Part shown: one piece after another, positions 63,001-64,000 of the stretch | Layout: each line of letters begins with the position of its first letter | Numbering within the stretch: the first letter of the stretch is position 1 | Assembly: GCA_051362555.1 (NCBI GenBank) | Contig: CM120644.1 | Location: 19,180,534-19,244,533 of the forward strand | Source: Lingula anatina | Lineage: Eukaryota > Animalia > Brachiopoda | Length of the DNA: 64,000 nt | Direction: 5' to 3' | Made by a program: the position numbers and the translations under genes | Notes under the pieces: model-generated | Seen by the model: only the letters and a program-made list of their open reading frames with translations | What the model was told of the DNA's origin: nothing | The model's database searches: none

Positions 63001-64000
63001 TGAGCATCATTTGTACAAATTTCAAAAATATTGGACAAGATTTGACAAAATTAATAACGTTTAACTATTTTAAGTCCTGCGATTTCCCAGTCTTTTCAAT
63101 GTAATTTTTAGTTTTCCCAAATATATTGTCCTTAAAAACACTTTTCAGTACATACAGTCAACTGATCAGCTTATCACAGATTTTTAATGTTGTTGAGCAT
63201 CATTTGTACAAATTTGAGAAATATTGGGCAAGATTTTACAAAATTATTAACGTTTAACTATTTTAAAGCCTGTGATTTCCTAGTCTTTTCTATGTAATTT
63301 TTTAGTTTTCCCAAATATATTGTCCTAAAAACACTATTCATTAGACACAGTCAACTGATCAGCTTATCACAGATTTTTATTGTTGTTAAGCATCATTTGT
63401 ACAAATTTCAGAAATATTGGACTACATTTGACAAAATTATTAACATTTAACTATTTTAAGTCACTGAACTTCCTTTCTTTTCAATGTAATTTTCAGTTCT
63501 TTCAGTTATATTGTTCTTTTTCCAGAGTACCCTTACCATGAAAAAGCAGGCAGTGAAAGACAGCACCAAGAGCAGCACTATGTCTTATCCATGTGTACAA
63601 TACATGATATTTGGCAAGATTTAGGACATTGTCAAATAATGTGATAACAACAACCCCTCCCAGAAACCCATTGTAAGGAGTAATCTGCATCTGGCATTGG
63701 TAGTAAGGAGAAGTCTTGTATGGGTATATATTGTTTCCAGATGACAGTTATAGGTAATTTGCAACCTCTTAAACAAATAACCTCAAATCATGACATTTGC
63801 TGTTTTCTTTTAGAGTAAATAATACATTGCAATATTGAAATATGTTTTGGTTAATTCTCACTCCTCTGATGATCAATTTCCCATAAACTTGACACTTAAA
63901 AGAAGACAGACAACTGATCAGCTTATCCCAGATTTTTATTGTTGTTAAGCATCATTTGTACAGATTTCAGAAACATTGGACAATTTTTTTTTTTAAATTA
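57100..64000. repeat. AT-rich ~193-bp satellite with an interspersed ~430-bp unit and a higher-order duplication
   Basis: CTGATCAGCTTATCACAG-type motif at 58277, 58470, 58663, 58862 and 59055. The long unit occurs at ~57175, 57855, 59795, 60990 and 63500. ORFs 58772-58957 and 61901-62086 are nearly identical (offset 3129). Confidence 0.95.

Overview
This is eukaryotic, AT-rich, intron-containing DNA. Its repeat and gene content suggest a marine invertebrate, though the taxon cannot be determined from this window. There are no rRNA genes or CRISPR arrays. Positions 1-20.4 kb are a dense pile-up of DNA transposons. In order: a decayed THAP...BEN gene split by a 5-bp-TSD MITE; a complete Helentron-type HINE with 146-bp internal repeats; and a full piggyBac whose transposase has one in-frame stop. 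Next is a 2.6-kb Polinton/Maverick (adintovirus-like) fragment encoding a single-BIR IAP-like protein, an integrase-chromodomain and a truncated minor capsid protein. After it come an 8-kb intron-containing ZNF862-like hAT with a nested TA-TSD element and a second, 5'-truncated HINE. Beyond 20.4 kb are a G2E3-like HECT pseudogene and Harbinger MITEs. The only clearly intact host gene (26347-29160, 5 exons, 245 aa) is a secreted precursor: signal peptide, helix-Cys/RKRR/helix-Cys prodomain, EGF, LCCL. The right half holds LINE/SINE relics, a 12-finger C2H2 array, a HEATR3 pseudogene fragment abutting an intron-containing DD34E Tc1-like transposase, a 62-bp minisatellite, and a 193-bp satellite with a ~3.13-kb higher-order duplication. 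All calls come from manual reading of motifs, splice sites and repeats; no database searches were run.
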